Virus record (IMG/VR): IMGVR_UViG_3300028045_000001
Coordinates: 124,001-188,000 of that record
DNA length: 64,000 bases
Reading direction: 5' to 3' (one strand)
Position 1 is the stretch's first letter. Each line of letters starts with the position of its first letter. The position numbers and the translations under genes are program-made. The notes under the pieces are model-generated. The model worked only from the letters and a program-made list of their open reading frames with translations, had not been told where the DNA came from and did no database searches. This document shows positions 48,344 to 58,970 of this stretch, piece after piece.

Positions 48344-48778
48344 ATGAGATATACTAAATCATCAAATGCTTCTGGTAAGGGTTTCTTTAGTAAAATAAAG
48401 GGTTTCTTTAGTGGTATATGGGAAATCATTTTCGTTAAACCAAAGAACTTTATCGTAGGTAACATAATGAAAGTTTATAACAAACTGCCAAAAATGATTA
48501 GGTTCATTATTTCATACCCAATCATTGTAACAATAGTGTATGTTCGCTCTATCTTGTTTGTAATGTCGGCAATCATGAAGAAATTGATGTCGAAGAAATT
48601 AGTTGAGACAATGGAAGGGCTACTATACGCAGTTGGACTTGGCGCAGTTGGTTATCTATTTGTTATGGTGCCAATGGAACTTATACATTTTGCGATTGTA
48701 TATGCTGTCTATATGACAATATACTTATATTTACAGTATGCGTATTCAATTACTACTATTCCAAAAAGTTATTTTTGA
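48344..48778 (+). CDS. membrane protein
   Basis: AGGAGG RBS; amphipathic N-terminus (GFFSKIKGFFSGIWE) and three hydrophobic segments. Confidence 0.75.
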   Translation: MRYTKSSNASGKGFFSKIKGFFSGIWEIIFVKPKNFIVGNIMKVYNKLPKMIRFIISYPIIVTIVYVRSILFVMSAIMKKLMSKKLVETMEGLLYAVGLGAVGYLFVMVPMELIHFAIVYAVYMTIYLYLQYAYSITTIPKSYF

Positions 48779-48866
48779 TCCATACCTACTTAATATTGTT
48801 TCCTGGTGAGTTTGACACAGCCTCACATTGTTAGTGTCAAACTCACTGAAGTAATTTTCAACAAAA

Positions 48867-49169
48867 GTGAGGAGTGTTATAATGTTTCCAAATTTATATT
48901 ATTGTCAAAGCATGAAAATATATGTTGAGGTTAATTCAGACTTTAGTAAAAACAAACATATAGATAACACTAGTTTATTTGTTACTGTGTTTCATTCTGA
49001 TAACGATGGTGTATGGTGGATACATCCGAAAATAATGGGGAAATCAATTGTACCTGTTGGTGGATCAAAAGTTGAATGTACTTGGCCAGAGCTTGTATCT
49101 AAGGTGTTAAGCAACAAAGCTGTATTCCACGAATCATGCAAAGGACTACGATATGTACAAAATTCATAA
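48867..49169 (+). CDS. hypothetical protein
   Basis: GAGGAG suggests a start at MFPNLYY; hairpin terminator follows. Confidence 0.55.
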   Translation: MRSVIMFPNLYYCQSMKIYVEVNSDFSKNKHIDNTSLFVTVFHSDNDGVWWIHPKIMGKSIVPVGGSKVECTWPELVSKVLSNKAVFHESCKGLRYVQNS

Positions 49170-49289
49170 CGTGGTAACTATGGGACTCTCTTGTTGAAAG
49201 AGAGTCCCTGTTATTTTTTTTTTACTTTCTTATGCCCTATTCTATAACTATTTAACTAATTGGATCCGATGAAAGGAGTATAGTGAAAA

Positions 49290-50447
49290 ATGAAATCATT
49301 CAAAATGATGATCGGCACTGTTATAGAGGTCATTGATATAAGTGAACCATACGCTACTAAAATTAAGGCGTATGTGTCAGAAATATTGCCAATGAACACG
49401 AATTCCGATACAGAACCAGCAGAGTACAAATTTTCAATAAAAAATGAAAATGGAGAAAAGGAAGAAGTTATAATTAAGAATAAGGGCTACGTCGTATGTG
49501 ACTATTTCAATCAAATCTCTAACAGGCCACATCCTCCGGTTGTTCATCCATCTGAGGAGGTGTACGTATTTCAAATAGGCGACCCAGATGTCTGGTGGTG
49601 GATGCCAATAAACAGAAAACATAACGCACGCTCAACTGAACACTTGAAGATAGTTATAGCTGACCGACCTATGGACCAAGTTGGAGAACCTCTAACTGAT
49701 GATAATACATGGTTTTTTGAAGTGGATACCCGCAATAAAAAACTTATCCATATTCATACGAGTGTCAGCGATGAGGAGTTAGTTGGATATGATATAACGA
49801 TAAATCCAAGCGATGGAGTGCTATCAATAACCGATACCAAACAGAACAGCTTAATATGGGAAAGTGCCACTCCGAGGATATATATCAAAAACAATAAGGG
49901 GTCCATTGTAGATATCAATAAAGAGCACATCATTATTGATGCCCCAAAAGATATATGGATGAAAGCCGGGAGACAAATGGTCGTCGATACACCAGTGATC
50001 ACTTTTGATACCCCAACTGCCAAATTTAATTCTAAGAATTTTGGTGTCGATGCATCAACTCTATTTAGCGTAGTTTCCCCATCTGTTGGCGTAGATGGAC
50101 CACTTATGGCGAGTGGACCAGTCATGACCGGAGCTATGTTTATGGGCATGGGTATAACCCCAGGTACAGGTCCAACCCTCCCTCCAGTTAAGACATCTCC
50201 AGGCAACTCCCCGGAAGATAACAAAGGTGGGGAGGACGAAACCTCTGCTCCCCCACCTACCCCGACCCCATCCCTTGCAAATAGATTCGCAGCTGACTGG
50301 GCCAATATGAAAGCTGCTATCGATATGATAGCTATATACTGTGCTGGAATAACAATTGACCCAGCTTCATTTGGAGGGCTTTCAGCAGTCCAGAAGCTCA
50401 CCTCGGCCGGTAAATTACCGAACATAACTGATGAACTATCGGAGTAA
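49290..50447 (+). CDS. baseplate central spike protein (phiKZ gp164 / gp5-VgrG-like)
   Basis: N-terminal OB-like region with SNRPHPPVVHPSEEVYVFQIGDPDVWWW, then short-strand beta-helix repeats (FFEVDT..K.IHIHTS..D....YDITINP.DG.LSITD). Confidence 0.65.
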   Translation: MKSFKMMIGTVIEVIDISEPYATKIKAYVSEILPMNTNSDTEPAEYKFSIKNENGEKEEVIIKNKGYVVCDYFNQISNRPHPPVVHPSEEVYVFQIGDPDVWWWMPINRKHNARSTEHLKIVIADRPMDQVGEPLTDDNTWFFEVDTRNKKLIHIHTSVSDEELVGYDITINPSDGVLSITDTKQNSLIWESATPRIYIKNNKGSIVDINKEHIIIDAPKDIWMKAGRQMVVDTPVITFDTPTAKFNSKNFGVDASTLFSVVSPSVGVDGPLMASGPVMTGAMFMGMGITPGTGPTLPPVKTSPGNSPEDNKGGEDETSAPPPTPTPSLANRFAADWANMKAAIDMIAIYCAGITIDPASFGGLSAVQKLTSAGKLPNITDELSE

Positions 50448-50449
50448 AT

Positions 50450-50974
50450 ATGCCTATATTCAAAAAAAATAAAAAACAAACTGAGTTACCGCAGGTCATT
50501 TATATCAATGATACGCTGTACCCATTGTATCATCCAAAAAATGAACACGCCATCACCAAAGATGTTCTCAGGATACGCGACCTGATGGTTCCATTCCTAT
50601 TAGAAGGTATGAAAAAGGATCGCGCCAGAGCGCGCAAGATATCAGAAATCGAGGGTTCCAATTTTTTGGCTTTTATTCAAGCCTCAGTAGTCAATATACT
50701 ACTATCTGATAAGTATCTTAAATCATACATTTTGATTAATGAGCCGAGAGAAAATTACTTTCTTCCCAATAGAATAAATAATATGTTTTTAACTATAGAT
50801 TCTATAATTTCGCCAGCAGTACTTAGGGTTCTAAAGGGCAGGTTCATATATGGAGTAACTACCAATCAAGGGGTACCATTGGAGGCGATAGAAAAAATAG
50901 ACAGCTCGTTTCCGCACTTCTTTTTACATCCATTACTACACAGCACTTATAGTACTATAGGTATAAATAAATAA
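50450..50974 (+). CDS. hypothetical protein
   Basis: Starts two bases after the spike gene stop. Confidence 0.6.
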   Translation: MPIFKKNKKQTELPQVIYINDTLYPLYHPKNEHAITKDVLRIRDLMVPFLLEGMKKDRARARKISEIEGSNFLAFIQASVVNILLSDKYLKSYILINEPRENYFLPNRINNMFLTIDSIISPAVLRVLKGRFIYGVTTNQGVPLEAIEKIDSSFPHFFLHPLLHSTYSTIGINK

Positions 50975-51019
50975 ACGCCACTAACAACAGGCTGGGTACA
51001 CCCAGCCTGTTGTTGTAGA

Positions 51020-51355
51020 CTACAATATATTTGATTTATGGTCAGATATAAGTTTCAGCATATAATTGATATCGGGCACATATAGGTGTCTAACATTAAT
51101 AAAATTCTGTGGTCCATTAATGTTGTTAATAAACAATATGATCCAACACAAGCTAATTGGAATCTGTCTATCCTTTAAATATGCCTCTGGGAAATATCTA
51201 TATCTTCTTGTCTCAGCTGGGGCCAATTGATGCTTTATAGAGTTCTTTAGTATAGAGGTCCTATGATCTATTATCGTCCTTATCATAGAATCATTCTCAG
51301 GCATGAATGCATCTTCTATATTCTCTACCTCATCTGCTAATGGACAACTATCCAT
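51020..51355 (-). CDS. hypothetical protein
   Basis: AAGGGG RBS; convergent on the hairpin near 50985-51016. Confidence 0.55.
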   Translation of the reverse strand: MDSCPLADEVENIEDAFMPENDSMIRTIIDHRTSILKNSIKHQLAPAETRRYRYFPEAYLKDRQIPISLCWIILFINNINGPQNFINVRHLYVPDINYMLKLISDHKSNIL

Positions 51356-51445
51356 GATATCCCCTTCATAAAATGGTTTATTTTTTTTTATTGCTCACCA
51401 TATATCCTATATGTGTGGCAGTTAATTTCATTTACTATTTGCTTA

Positions 51446-51460
51446 TATATTACTTATATG
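51446..51460 (+). promoter_or_regulatory. early promoter upstream of the nvRNAP beta subunit gene
   Basis: TATATTAC-ttat-ATG. Confidence 0.7.
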
Positions 51461-51490
51461 ATGTAAAGTAAAAAAATAAATTAATAAACG

Positions 51491-53605
51491 ATGGAGGTAC
51501 CCCAATTGAAGAAACGAACCCGAGCCTCAAATTTAAAGCAGTACCAGGAAGATTACCCGTACTTAGACAATTGCAACATAGACCATAGGTTACTTGGAAC
51601 CACTTTGTTTACTTCTGGATGTGAGCACAATTCCAGCGCGAGGATGGCCATGATGCATTCTCAAATAACGCAGGCCCTCAATATATTTGGTGGGGAACGC
51701 CAAAGAGTCTTTACTGGGTTTGACGATCAACTAAAGAACTATGGGTTCAATGATACCAAACAAACTGAGGACATAACTATAATTGCAGTCATACCAAAAA
51801 TTCGTAATATTGGGTCTGCCGGAAGTATTAAGTCTAATCCTAAGTCTACAGTAATATACGTAAATAAAGATAACACTGCGGGATATTTCAATGTAAATAG
51901 TTATGAAGAATTGGGGGACGGATTTGGGTATGAGACAAGGAGAATAAATTCTCATTTATTAGCTCCTAATACGCTTGTTAAAGCGAACACACCATTTACG
52001 GAACCACCTGGCGGTGGGGAGTTGGGTTGCAATGCAATGGTGGCAATGATGCGGTCCATATATACTTCAGAAGATGCTTTCGCTATAAGTGAATCATTTG
52101 CTAAAAGGAATCAAACTTATGGTATGTCGAAAGCATTCGTAGAAATCAACAAAAATCAAATACCCGCTAACATAATGGGCGATGAAGAAGAATATAAATT
52201 CATGCCCGATATAGGAGAGCAAGTTGGCGACGATGGGATACTGTGCGCCATAAAGACACCAAAGGTAGATGTGATACTCAATGAGCTCTCCGATAATTCA
52301 ACGAGGCCAGACTATCTACATGACGCATTGTACAAAGTCCCACCTGGAGCAACGATAGTTAACATCGAAGTATATTGTGATCCAAAATTTAATAAAAACA
52401 AATCAAAATATTTTGATCAGTTAAGGAAATACAGAGATCAAAGTAAACGTTACTGGACGGAATTAATTGAAGTATATAAAAAATTAAAATCAGATAGGGT
52501 CAAACTCTCGCCAACGCTACATGCACTGTTCGCTAGAGCTTTGTCCTTTGCTCCTATCCATACTAAGAAACAAGGTAACTTAATGGTCGAGGGTGGTGTC
52601 CAGGTCAAGTTCATTTATATTGAAGTGACCTACTCATGGATACAATCGGTACAGCGGGGATTTAAGTTCACTGGGACAGAAGGTGGGAAAGGAACTATTT
52701 GCGAGATACTGCCGGACGAATTTATGCCTACAAATGAGTACGGAGAGACAGCAGATGTTATAATCGATCCTATCACTGTTTTAAATAGAATGAATCTGGG
52801 GCAAGATTATGTAATGTTTTTAAATAGAACCTCCGATACAATAATGCGCTTTATGAACATAGGTATAGATGCAGATGATTTAAACAAGACCTCCCGCACA
52901 ATTGTAAGCGACATAAATAACGGACACATCGCAGACCCGTATGAGTATATATTAAAATATTTGACAATGGTAAACGAAAACTACGCCAATCTTATAAGAG
53001 GATTGTACGATAATGATCGGGATACTTTTGTGGGCATGTGTGTGGCGGACGGGATACATATAAATTATCCCCCATATCTAAATACACTCACTAAGGAGCG
53101 CATTATAGAAATAGCAGATACCTTTTGTGTAAGGAACACTCCTGTCTCTTTCTGTATTAGAAAGAGGGATGGTACCATCAAACGGGTGACCACTGAGAAT
53201 CCAGTACCCATGGGAAGGAAGTATATGATGGTACTATGTAAGGTGCCACATGTGAATAGTGCTGGCGTTGGGAGGGTATCTCAATTCTTGGTACCTATAA
53301 AGCCAAATTCTACGGACAAAGTATTGAAGAAAAGAACTGCAGTACGTTCAACTGCAATCAGGTTCGGTGAAGATGAGATTAGAAACTTACATATGTCCGC
53401 TGGGGTTGAAGCAACTGCAAGATTACTGTGTGTGTATGGATGTACTCCAGATGCAACATATATGCTAATGCAAGAAATATTGAATGCAGCCAAACCGAGT
53501 CATATAAATAGGATACCAATGAAAACTTCAGAGTGTATAAAAAAGAACAGGTACATAAGTATTCAAAAAAGCATGATGGCTATAGCTGGAATAGAGGTTG
53601 AGTAA
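51491..53605 (+). CDS. non-virion RNA polymerase beta C-terminal subunit (phiKZ gp71/73-like), uninterrupted
   Basis: NSSARMAMMHSQITQA, SEDAFAIS, GFKFTGTEGGKGTI, NRMNLGQ, IRFGEDE. Confidence 0.92.
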   Translation: MEVPQLKKRTRASNLKQYQEDYPYLDNCNIDHRLLGTTLFTSGCEHNSSARMAMMHSQITQALNIFGGERQRVFTGFDDQLKNYGFNDTKQTEDITIIAVIPKIRNIGSAGSIKSNPKSTVIYVNKDNTAGYFNVNSYEELGDGFGYETRRINSHLLAPNTLVKANTPFTEPPGGGELGCNAMVAMMRSIYTSEDAFAISESFAKRNQTYGMSKAFVEINKNQIPANIMGDEEEYKFMPDIGEQVGDDGILCAIKTPKVDVILNELSDNSTRPDYLHDALYKVPPGATIVNIEVYCDPKFNKNKSKYFDQLRKYRDQSKRYWTELIEVYKKLKSDRVKLSPTLHALFARALSFAPIHTKKQGNLMVEGGVQVKFIYIEVTYSWIQSVQRGFKFTGTEGGKGTICEILPDEFMPTNEYGETADVIIDPITVLNRMNLGQDYVMFLNRTSDTIMRFMNIGIDADDLNKTSRTIVSDINNGHIADPYEYILKYLTMVNENYANLIRGLYDNDRDTFVGMCVADGIHINYPPYLNTLTKERIIEIADTFCVRNTPVSFCIRKRDGTIKRVTTENPVPMGRKYMMVLCKVPHVNSAGVGRVSQFLVPIKPNSTDKVLKKRTAVRSTAIRFGEDEIRNLHMSAGVEATARLLCVYGCTPDATYMLMQEILNAAKPSHINRIPMKTSECIKKNRYISIQKSMMAIAGIEVE

Positions 53606-53697
53606 TAGCATAAGTAGTTGAGGGAAGTCCCTCAACTACTTATGTAACACGTGAATAGAATTCGGCAATATGCCGTCCGGTACACTAACAATAAATT

Positions 53698-53730
53698 TCA
53701 ATCACACTTTATTTATATGTTACATGTATG
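53698..53730 (+). promoter_or_regulatory. early promoter variant upstream of the beta' C-terminal subunit gene
   Basis: TCAAT-N13-TATGTTAC-N4-ATG; implies the CDS starts downstream of the ORF-track start. Confidence 0.6.
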
Positions 53731-53765
53731 GAATCTTGACTATGGACATAACTAACGGGGTACAC

Positions 53766-55883
53766 ATGAAGATAACTTTAAAGAACATATCAAATCCGGA
53801 TTTTGTGGATGAGCAATTAGAAAATGAACCAAGGGGAATGGCCACAATGGAACTAACTGATGGCTCATTTGAGGTCCCTATTCGACGGGCATTATTGACA
53901 GCGCATCTAATGAAGCCGATGATCGGTAGAGTCCCTATAACAAGTGAATTTATTTATACTGAGGAAAAATTTAACACAAAGGGGATAACGAAATTATATA
54001 ATAGAATAGCCGACGCATGGTCAGTTCGTTCACCAAGAAAATCCAAGGTGGAGAAGGAGCTGAGAGCGTTTCAAATAGATATTGCAATGAACATTGATGG
54101 ACTCAACAACCTTGCACTTGAACATATGCAAGGGTACCAAGACTCATTTGACCTAGTGGACATCTGCAGAATGATGGAACAGAAGCCGTTAAAAGAGCTG
54201 TGTGACAATTTAAAATTAGATAACAACGAGGGTACAAAAGTAGCAGAAAAGAAAATAGCAATGGCTGGAAAAGAGCTCGGTCGTATACTTCGCGCAGGAA
54301 CAGATGTGATCGATTTTAATCCACTGTATCCACACATAGAATATATTAATATGAATCAATTAATACAAATATTAATATCATATGGTCCGAGGTCAGATAT
54401 CGATGATAGTATGCTATCGCATGTTGTAAAAGGAAATGCATTGGACGGCCTAATGGATTTTGATGATTTCTATACCGAGGCACACTCAGCTAAAAAGTCA
54501 GCATGGGTATCTAAAGGAGCTATAAAGGAGGCACAGTATAATTCAAGAAAAGTTCAGTTGGCTTGTTTTGAATTAATACATATGGTAGCTGGAGATTGTA
54601 ACACTACTGTCACAATCCAAATGATAATAGCGCCAGAAATAAAGCATAACTTTATAGGTAAGTTTGTAGATACTGGCGATAGCGGCCGAGGCATCCTATT
54701 GACAGAGGACAATATAGATGATTTTTTAAATAAGCCGATTAAGCTATACTCAGCATTCGGCTGTAAAGTAAAAAATGGAGTATGCGAGCACTGCTTCGGC
54801 AAAGCCGGTCAGGCTATTCAAAAAGCTATACATATTGGCATCCTATGCGCGAGCATAGTGCTTTCCGCTATAACTCAGAAAATACTATCAGCCAAGCATC
54901 TTGTGCGAACCGCATCTCAAATGTACAAACTTCCAAATGAATTGAAGTCTTTATTTATAACCAATTACTCCAAGGAACAAGGAACCTATAAGTATACTGA
55001 CGAAGAATTAAAAGAACAGATAACTGCATTCGCAAAAGTCGAGGGATCAGACGATGAGGATGAGGACGGTATCGATGAGTTGGTCCGTGGTGAGATGGAC
55101 GTAGACACCTATCGCTCTCTTATAGAGAACGAGGTGATCAATGACACTGAAGTATTTTGGAGGCCAGCACACGAGCGGTATCTACAAAGTGGACTAAAAT
55201 TAATAATCCCTTTGGATGTGTTTAATGGAGTATTGTCCGACATCGCTTTGGATCCTGTGGCTAAATCATTCACAACTATACGAGAACTCGCTATACACAA
55301 CGATTCCATGCGCTCCCCACTTCCACTAAAATTTATAGGCGACGACAAAGATAACTCAGTATATTTTTCAAAGTATACATTGGAGTTTATACACGATAGG
55401 GTAACAAGAGAATTGGTTACCATACCTAATAATAAAGTCATCCATGTTCCTTTGGCTGGATTCGATATAACAAAAGCATTCGTTATAAGTCCTACCATAA
55501 ATATCGATGTTGTAAAATTTGTAGCACATGTTAATAGTTTCTTACAGTCTAAGCTTCCAAAATACACATCAGCGACAGAAGGGCTAACTGATTTCTTAAA
55601 TCTAGTATACAGGGAATCCACAGTTCCTGTGTCTCATGTTGAGGTAGTGTTAAAAGCATTTACTATTACAAGCAGTGAGGATAAACGGATACCGGTAATA
55701 ACGGATCCAAACAATATGGTGTTTGCTAACACAAATGATACCATTTCAAGAACTGCATCTGGGAAGATGTCATATGAGGATCTAAATAGATACTATGCAC
55801 GTCCGGATACATATTTAGCTGAACCTGCAGTGGGCCTAGTGGATCCATTGTTCGGCTCAATTGAACGCATTGTGGATAAATAA
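53766..55883 (+). CDS. non-virion RNA polymerase beta' C-terminal subunit (phiKZ gp74-like)
   Basis: Bridge-helix region EAHSAKKS...AQYNSRK, Zn site GDCNT...GCKVKNGVCEHCFG, AITQKILSAKH trigger-loop analog. Confidence 0.9.
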   Translation: MKITLKNISNPDFVDEQLENEPRGMATMELTDGSFEVPIRRALLTAHLMKPMIGRVPITSEFIYTEEKFNTKGITKLYNRIADAWSVRSPRKSKVEKELRAFQIDIAMNIDGLNNLALEHMQGYQDSFDLVDICRMMEQKPLKELCDNLKLDNNEGTKVAEKKIAMAGKELGRILRAGTDVIDFNPLYPHIEYINMNQLIQILISYGPRSDIDDSMLSHVVKGNALDGLMDFDDFYTEAHSAKKSAWVSKGAIKEAQYNSRKVQLACFELIHMVAGDCNTTVTIQMIIAPEIKHNFIGKFVDTGDSGRGILLTEDNIDDFLNKPIKLYSAFGCKVKNGVCEHCFGKAGQAIQKAIHIGILCASIVLSAITQKILSAKHLVRTASQMYKLPNELKSLFITNYSKEQGTYKYTDEELKEQITAFAKVEGSDDEDEDGIDELVRGEMDVDTYRSLIENEVINDTEVFWRPAHERYLQSGLKLIIPLDVFNGVLSDIALDPVAKSFTTIRELAIHNDSMRSPLPLKFIGDDKDNSVYFSKYTLEFIHDRVTRELVTIPNNKVIHVPLAGFDITKAFVISPTINIDVVKFVAHVNSFLQSKLPKYTSATEGLTDFLNLVYRESTVPVSHVEVVLKAFTITSSEDKRIPVITDPNNMVFANTNDTISRTASGKMSYEDLNRYYARPDTYLAEPAVGLVDPLFGSIERIVDK

Positions 55884-55988
55884 GTAAGTTTGCTGGTAGG
55901 GGCACTGTCCCCTATCAACATCATTTATATTGGGCCTATCGAGTATTGGTAGGAAAGCACATATTCTTTTTAAATAAGAAGGTAACGT

Positions 55989-57500
55989 ATGTATAACAAT
56001 AGTGATTATAAATTGTCGTTATTAAAACACTCCACGTATTTCACTATAGACTTTAATAACGCACTTAGAGATAGACACCTTCGAATAAATAATATAATTA
56101 GGAGCTTTTTAAAGCAGGAACTAACGGCTCTAAAGTATCATGCAAGGTATAGGAGATGGATACCTCAGTATATGTATTATTTAGTGACCTCAGATTGGTA
56201 CAGGCTACCTATAGCTTACTTTCCAAAGCTTTGTAGAGCTTTGGACTCCAACCAGATAAAATACGTTGCAACAGAAATGGCTCCAGTTGAACATAGTACA
56301 ATGGGAGCATTGCCCGATTTGAGGTGGAGTCCCAGAGAGATACAACTTGTCCCGTTAGATTTTTTAAGCGAGGGTAGTCGGCCGCAATCAGCGCTGTCCT
56401 TGGCTACAGGGAATGGTAAAACTTTTACAGCTATAAGAAGCGCATTGAACTTAAATCAGACTACATTGATTCTTTGTACTGGATTAATAGAAGTTTGGTA
56501 TAATTCAATACTGGCACAGACTAACTGTTCGAAAGATGATGTTTGGATCATGCAGGGATATGCCACAGTGCATAGTTTAAATAGTATGGTAGACAATGGA
56601 TACAAACCGAAATTCGTTATAGCCTCCATACCTACAGTGTATAACTTTATTCTAAGAAAAAACAAATATGAGTACATCGATTATACTTTTTCCGAGTTAG
56701 TAGAAAAGATAGGGTTCGGTACAAAAATAATCGACGAGTGTCATCAGCGATTAAGTCAACTAGTGACGATTGATCTTGTCGCCAATATTAAAAATAACAT
56801 TTATTTATCCGCAACCTATCTCGCCACAAATAAGATCATAAGTAGGATATTTAATACTATCTTTAACAAAGCTATTAAACTTGTCGGAGCTGAGGGGATC
56901 AGACATTGCAATATAGAAAGATACACTTATCATGTTCTAGTGTCCGAGAGGAAATGTAAAACTTCCCAGGGATATAATCATGCTAAGTATGAGCAATATA
57001 TTCTCAAACGAAAAACTCTATGGGCGGCATTTGAGGAGTCCGTGTTACGTCCAATAGTAATATCGAGATTCATCAGGGATAGGAGATCTTTCCATAGAGG
57101 ATTAATATTTTGTAGTACCTTTGACATGGCGGACAGGATCATCGAATCTATAAGGAAAGCTTTTCCAGAGATTCGTGTAGCGAGATACTTTTCATCCAAG
57201 GGGGATAAGATAGATGATACGCTATATAACAAAGCTGTGGATCTATGTGTCACAACACCTGGATCATCTGGTACCGGGAAAGATATTCCCGATCTATGGT
57301 TCATATTGAACACTATTTCATTTTCTTCCGAACTAATGGCTATACAAATGATAGGTCGACTGCGGCCATTGGATGGATTTGAAACTAGATTTATTGACAT
57401 ATCAAATGATTTTGTCGAATCCCACAAGAGGCATCTAAGAGATAGGAATTCCATATGGAATTATCTTGGATTATCCTGTGTAGATTACAACATACCATAA
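55989..57500 (+). CDS. superfamily 2 helicase (phiKZ gp75-like)
   Basis: Walker A LATGNGKT, IIDECH, YLSAT, GTGKDIP, QMIGRLR. Confidence 0.9.
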   Translation: MYNNSDYKLSLLKHSTYFTIDFNNALRDRHLRINNIIRSFLKQELTALKYHARYRRWIPQYMYYLVTSDWYRLPIAYFPKLCRALDSNQIKYVATEMAPVEHSTMGALPDLRWSPREIQLVPLDFLSEGSRPQSALSLATGNGKTFTAIRSALNLNQTTLILCTGLIEVWYNSILAQTNCSKDDVWIMQGYATVHSLNSMVDNGYKPKFVIASIPTVYNFILRKNKYEYIDYTFSELVEKIGFGTKIIDECHQRLSQLVTIDLVANIKNNIYLSATYLATNKIISRIFNTIFNKAIKLVGAEGIRHCNIERYTYHVLVSERKCKTSQGYNHAKYEQYILKRKTLWAAFEESVLRPIVISRFIRDRRSFHRGLIFCSTFDMADRIIESIRKAFPEIRVARYFSSKGDKIDDTLYNKAVDLCVTTPGSSGTGKDIPDLWFILNTISFSSELMAIQMIGRLRPLDGFETRFIDISNDFVESHKRHLRDRNSIWNYLGLSCVDYNIP

Positions 57501-57508
57501 TGTAATAC

Positions 57509-57538
57509 TTGGTATGGCATCCATGGATGCCATACCAA
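57509..57538. terminator. perfect 30-bp palindrome
   Basis: TTGGTATGGCATCCA|TGGATGCCATACCAA. Confidence 0.65.
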
Positions 57539-57591
57539 TATTATATACACAACTTAATTTTTTCAAATAATTGTCACTAAAGGAGTTTCCT

Positions 57592-58950
57592 ATGTCTAAG
57601 GAAATCATATGTGGGTATATCGTCGATGAGGCTATGTTCAAGGAACGCAATTTATTGCCGGGTACGCCTGATCAAACATCGCCAGGTATCCTCAACACTA
57701 ATATCCATTCATTTTTTGCGGACCCAGTTATAACGACTGCCTTACACAGCGATAGGTATACGAATCTTCCTGACTATGAGACAGGAAAAGGCGACATGGG
57801 AATAATATTTGATACACCTTATTCTCCCCTATTTGCCAATAAGGTCGATAATAATCCAAGATCTTCCGACATCATAAATATTTTTAATATCGTCGAATAT
57901 TTATTACGGTCTAATTGTTTAACCACATCTAAACAAGCAGAGCTTGAAGAATACCTTGTGACAAATACAGGCAACATATTTACTGGATATGTTCAAAATA
58001 CAATGTCTGTAAGTAAGACGCACATAGAAGGGGAATGGAATAGTGTACAGTCAGGCCCTGGGAAGTTCGATTTCGAAACGAGCATAACATTTGAATTTAA
58101 TGATGGGACAAACACCTATGTGTTTAAGTTATATGTCGATCCGGAAACATTTGTAAACGAATATTTATACAGTACTATCGGTCAGGTAATCCCGCCGTGC
58201 GATCCAATCAATATCATAAATACAAATTTTCAAAGTAACTTGGATGCCATTATTGTCTCCAGTACCTACATTAACAAACAAATAAAACTTGCATCTGTTA
58301 ATAAAAACTATACCAGCAACGTTGTCTTTAAAACGGATTATAATAAAGATGCCGCAACCAACCCTGGGTTTCCATTTGGTATTCTGTACCATGGAAAAGA
58401 GCCGACGGTTGCCCAACAAAGGGGAGCTATACGAACATTCCTAACGGACACCGGAATAGTGACTGATGAGGAATGGTTAGCCATATTCCCAGAGATCTAT
58501 ACGGATAACCGATATCTGATCATCCCTGCTTGGGACAACGTATATGCGCTACCTGGGTTCGACCTTTTAAAGTGCTCAATACATTCAAGTAAGACATCAT
58601 CGCTCAAGTCGTTACTTCCAGAAATAGATCCTATTTTAATAGATACCTATACAGATATTCTTGTAGAGCCAAATGGGTCGCTATTTTTATTTGCTATTCC
58701 CGATGGGTCGGTGAGTGCACATATCTCTGACTTACATCCAACATACCAAAGTTGCGATGCAACCGGGACCATGTATGCATTCCAAACAGAAGAGACAAAG
58801 AATTTCAATGAACGACTGTCTGCATGCTTAGCACAACTAAAGGGGACGTATAACACTTATGTGTTCAATGATACCGAATTCTATGGCATAGAGTTTAAAA
58901 CATTTTATGTGAACACTGTAGAATATTGTGTGATGAAGAAACCAGACTAA
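57592..58950 (+). CDS. probable virion structural protein
   Basis: AAGGAG RBS before ATG 57592; first gene of a three-gene operon resembling phiKZ-like structural genes. Confidence 0.5.
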   Translation: MSKEIICGYIVDEAMFKERNLLPGTPDQTSPGILNTNIHSFFADPVITTALHSDRYTNLPDYETGKGDMGIIFDTPYSPLFANKVDNNPRSSDIINIFNIVEYLLRSNCLTTSKQAELEEYLVTNTGNIFTGYVQNTMSVSKTHIEGEWNSVQSGPGKFDFETSITFEFNDGTNTYVFKLYVDPETFVNEYLYSTIGQVIPPCDPINIINTNFQSNLDAIIVSSTYINKQIKLASVNKNYTSNVVFKTDYNKDAATNPGFPFGILYHGKEPTVAQQRGAIRTFLTDTGIVTDEEWLAIFPEIYTDNRYLIIPAWDNVYALPGFDLLKCSIHSSKTSSLKSLLPEIDPILIDTYTDILVEPNGSLFLFAIPDGSVSAHISDLHPTYQSCDATGTMYAFQTEETKNFNERLSACLAQLKGTYNTYVFNDTEFYGIEFKTFYVNTVEYCVMKKPD

Positions 58951-58970
58951 TCAAATAAAAAGAGGTCGAT

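Noticed and set aside
49754-50479. 241-aa minus-strand ORF opposite the spike gene
   Set aside because: It fully overlaps a well-supported plus-strand gene and reflects its Pro/Gly-rich codon bias.
7089-55883. Introns or inteins in the nvRNAP subunit genes (as in phiKZ gp55/56.1 and gp71/73)
   Set aside because: All three subunit ORFs are continuous, of expected size, with the motifs in order.
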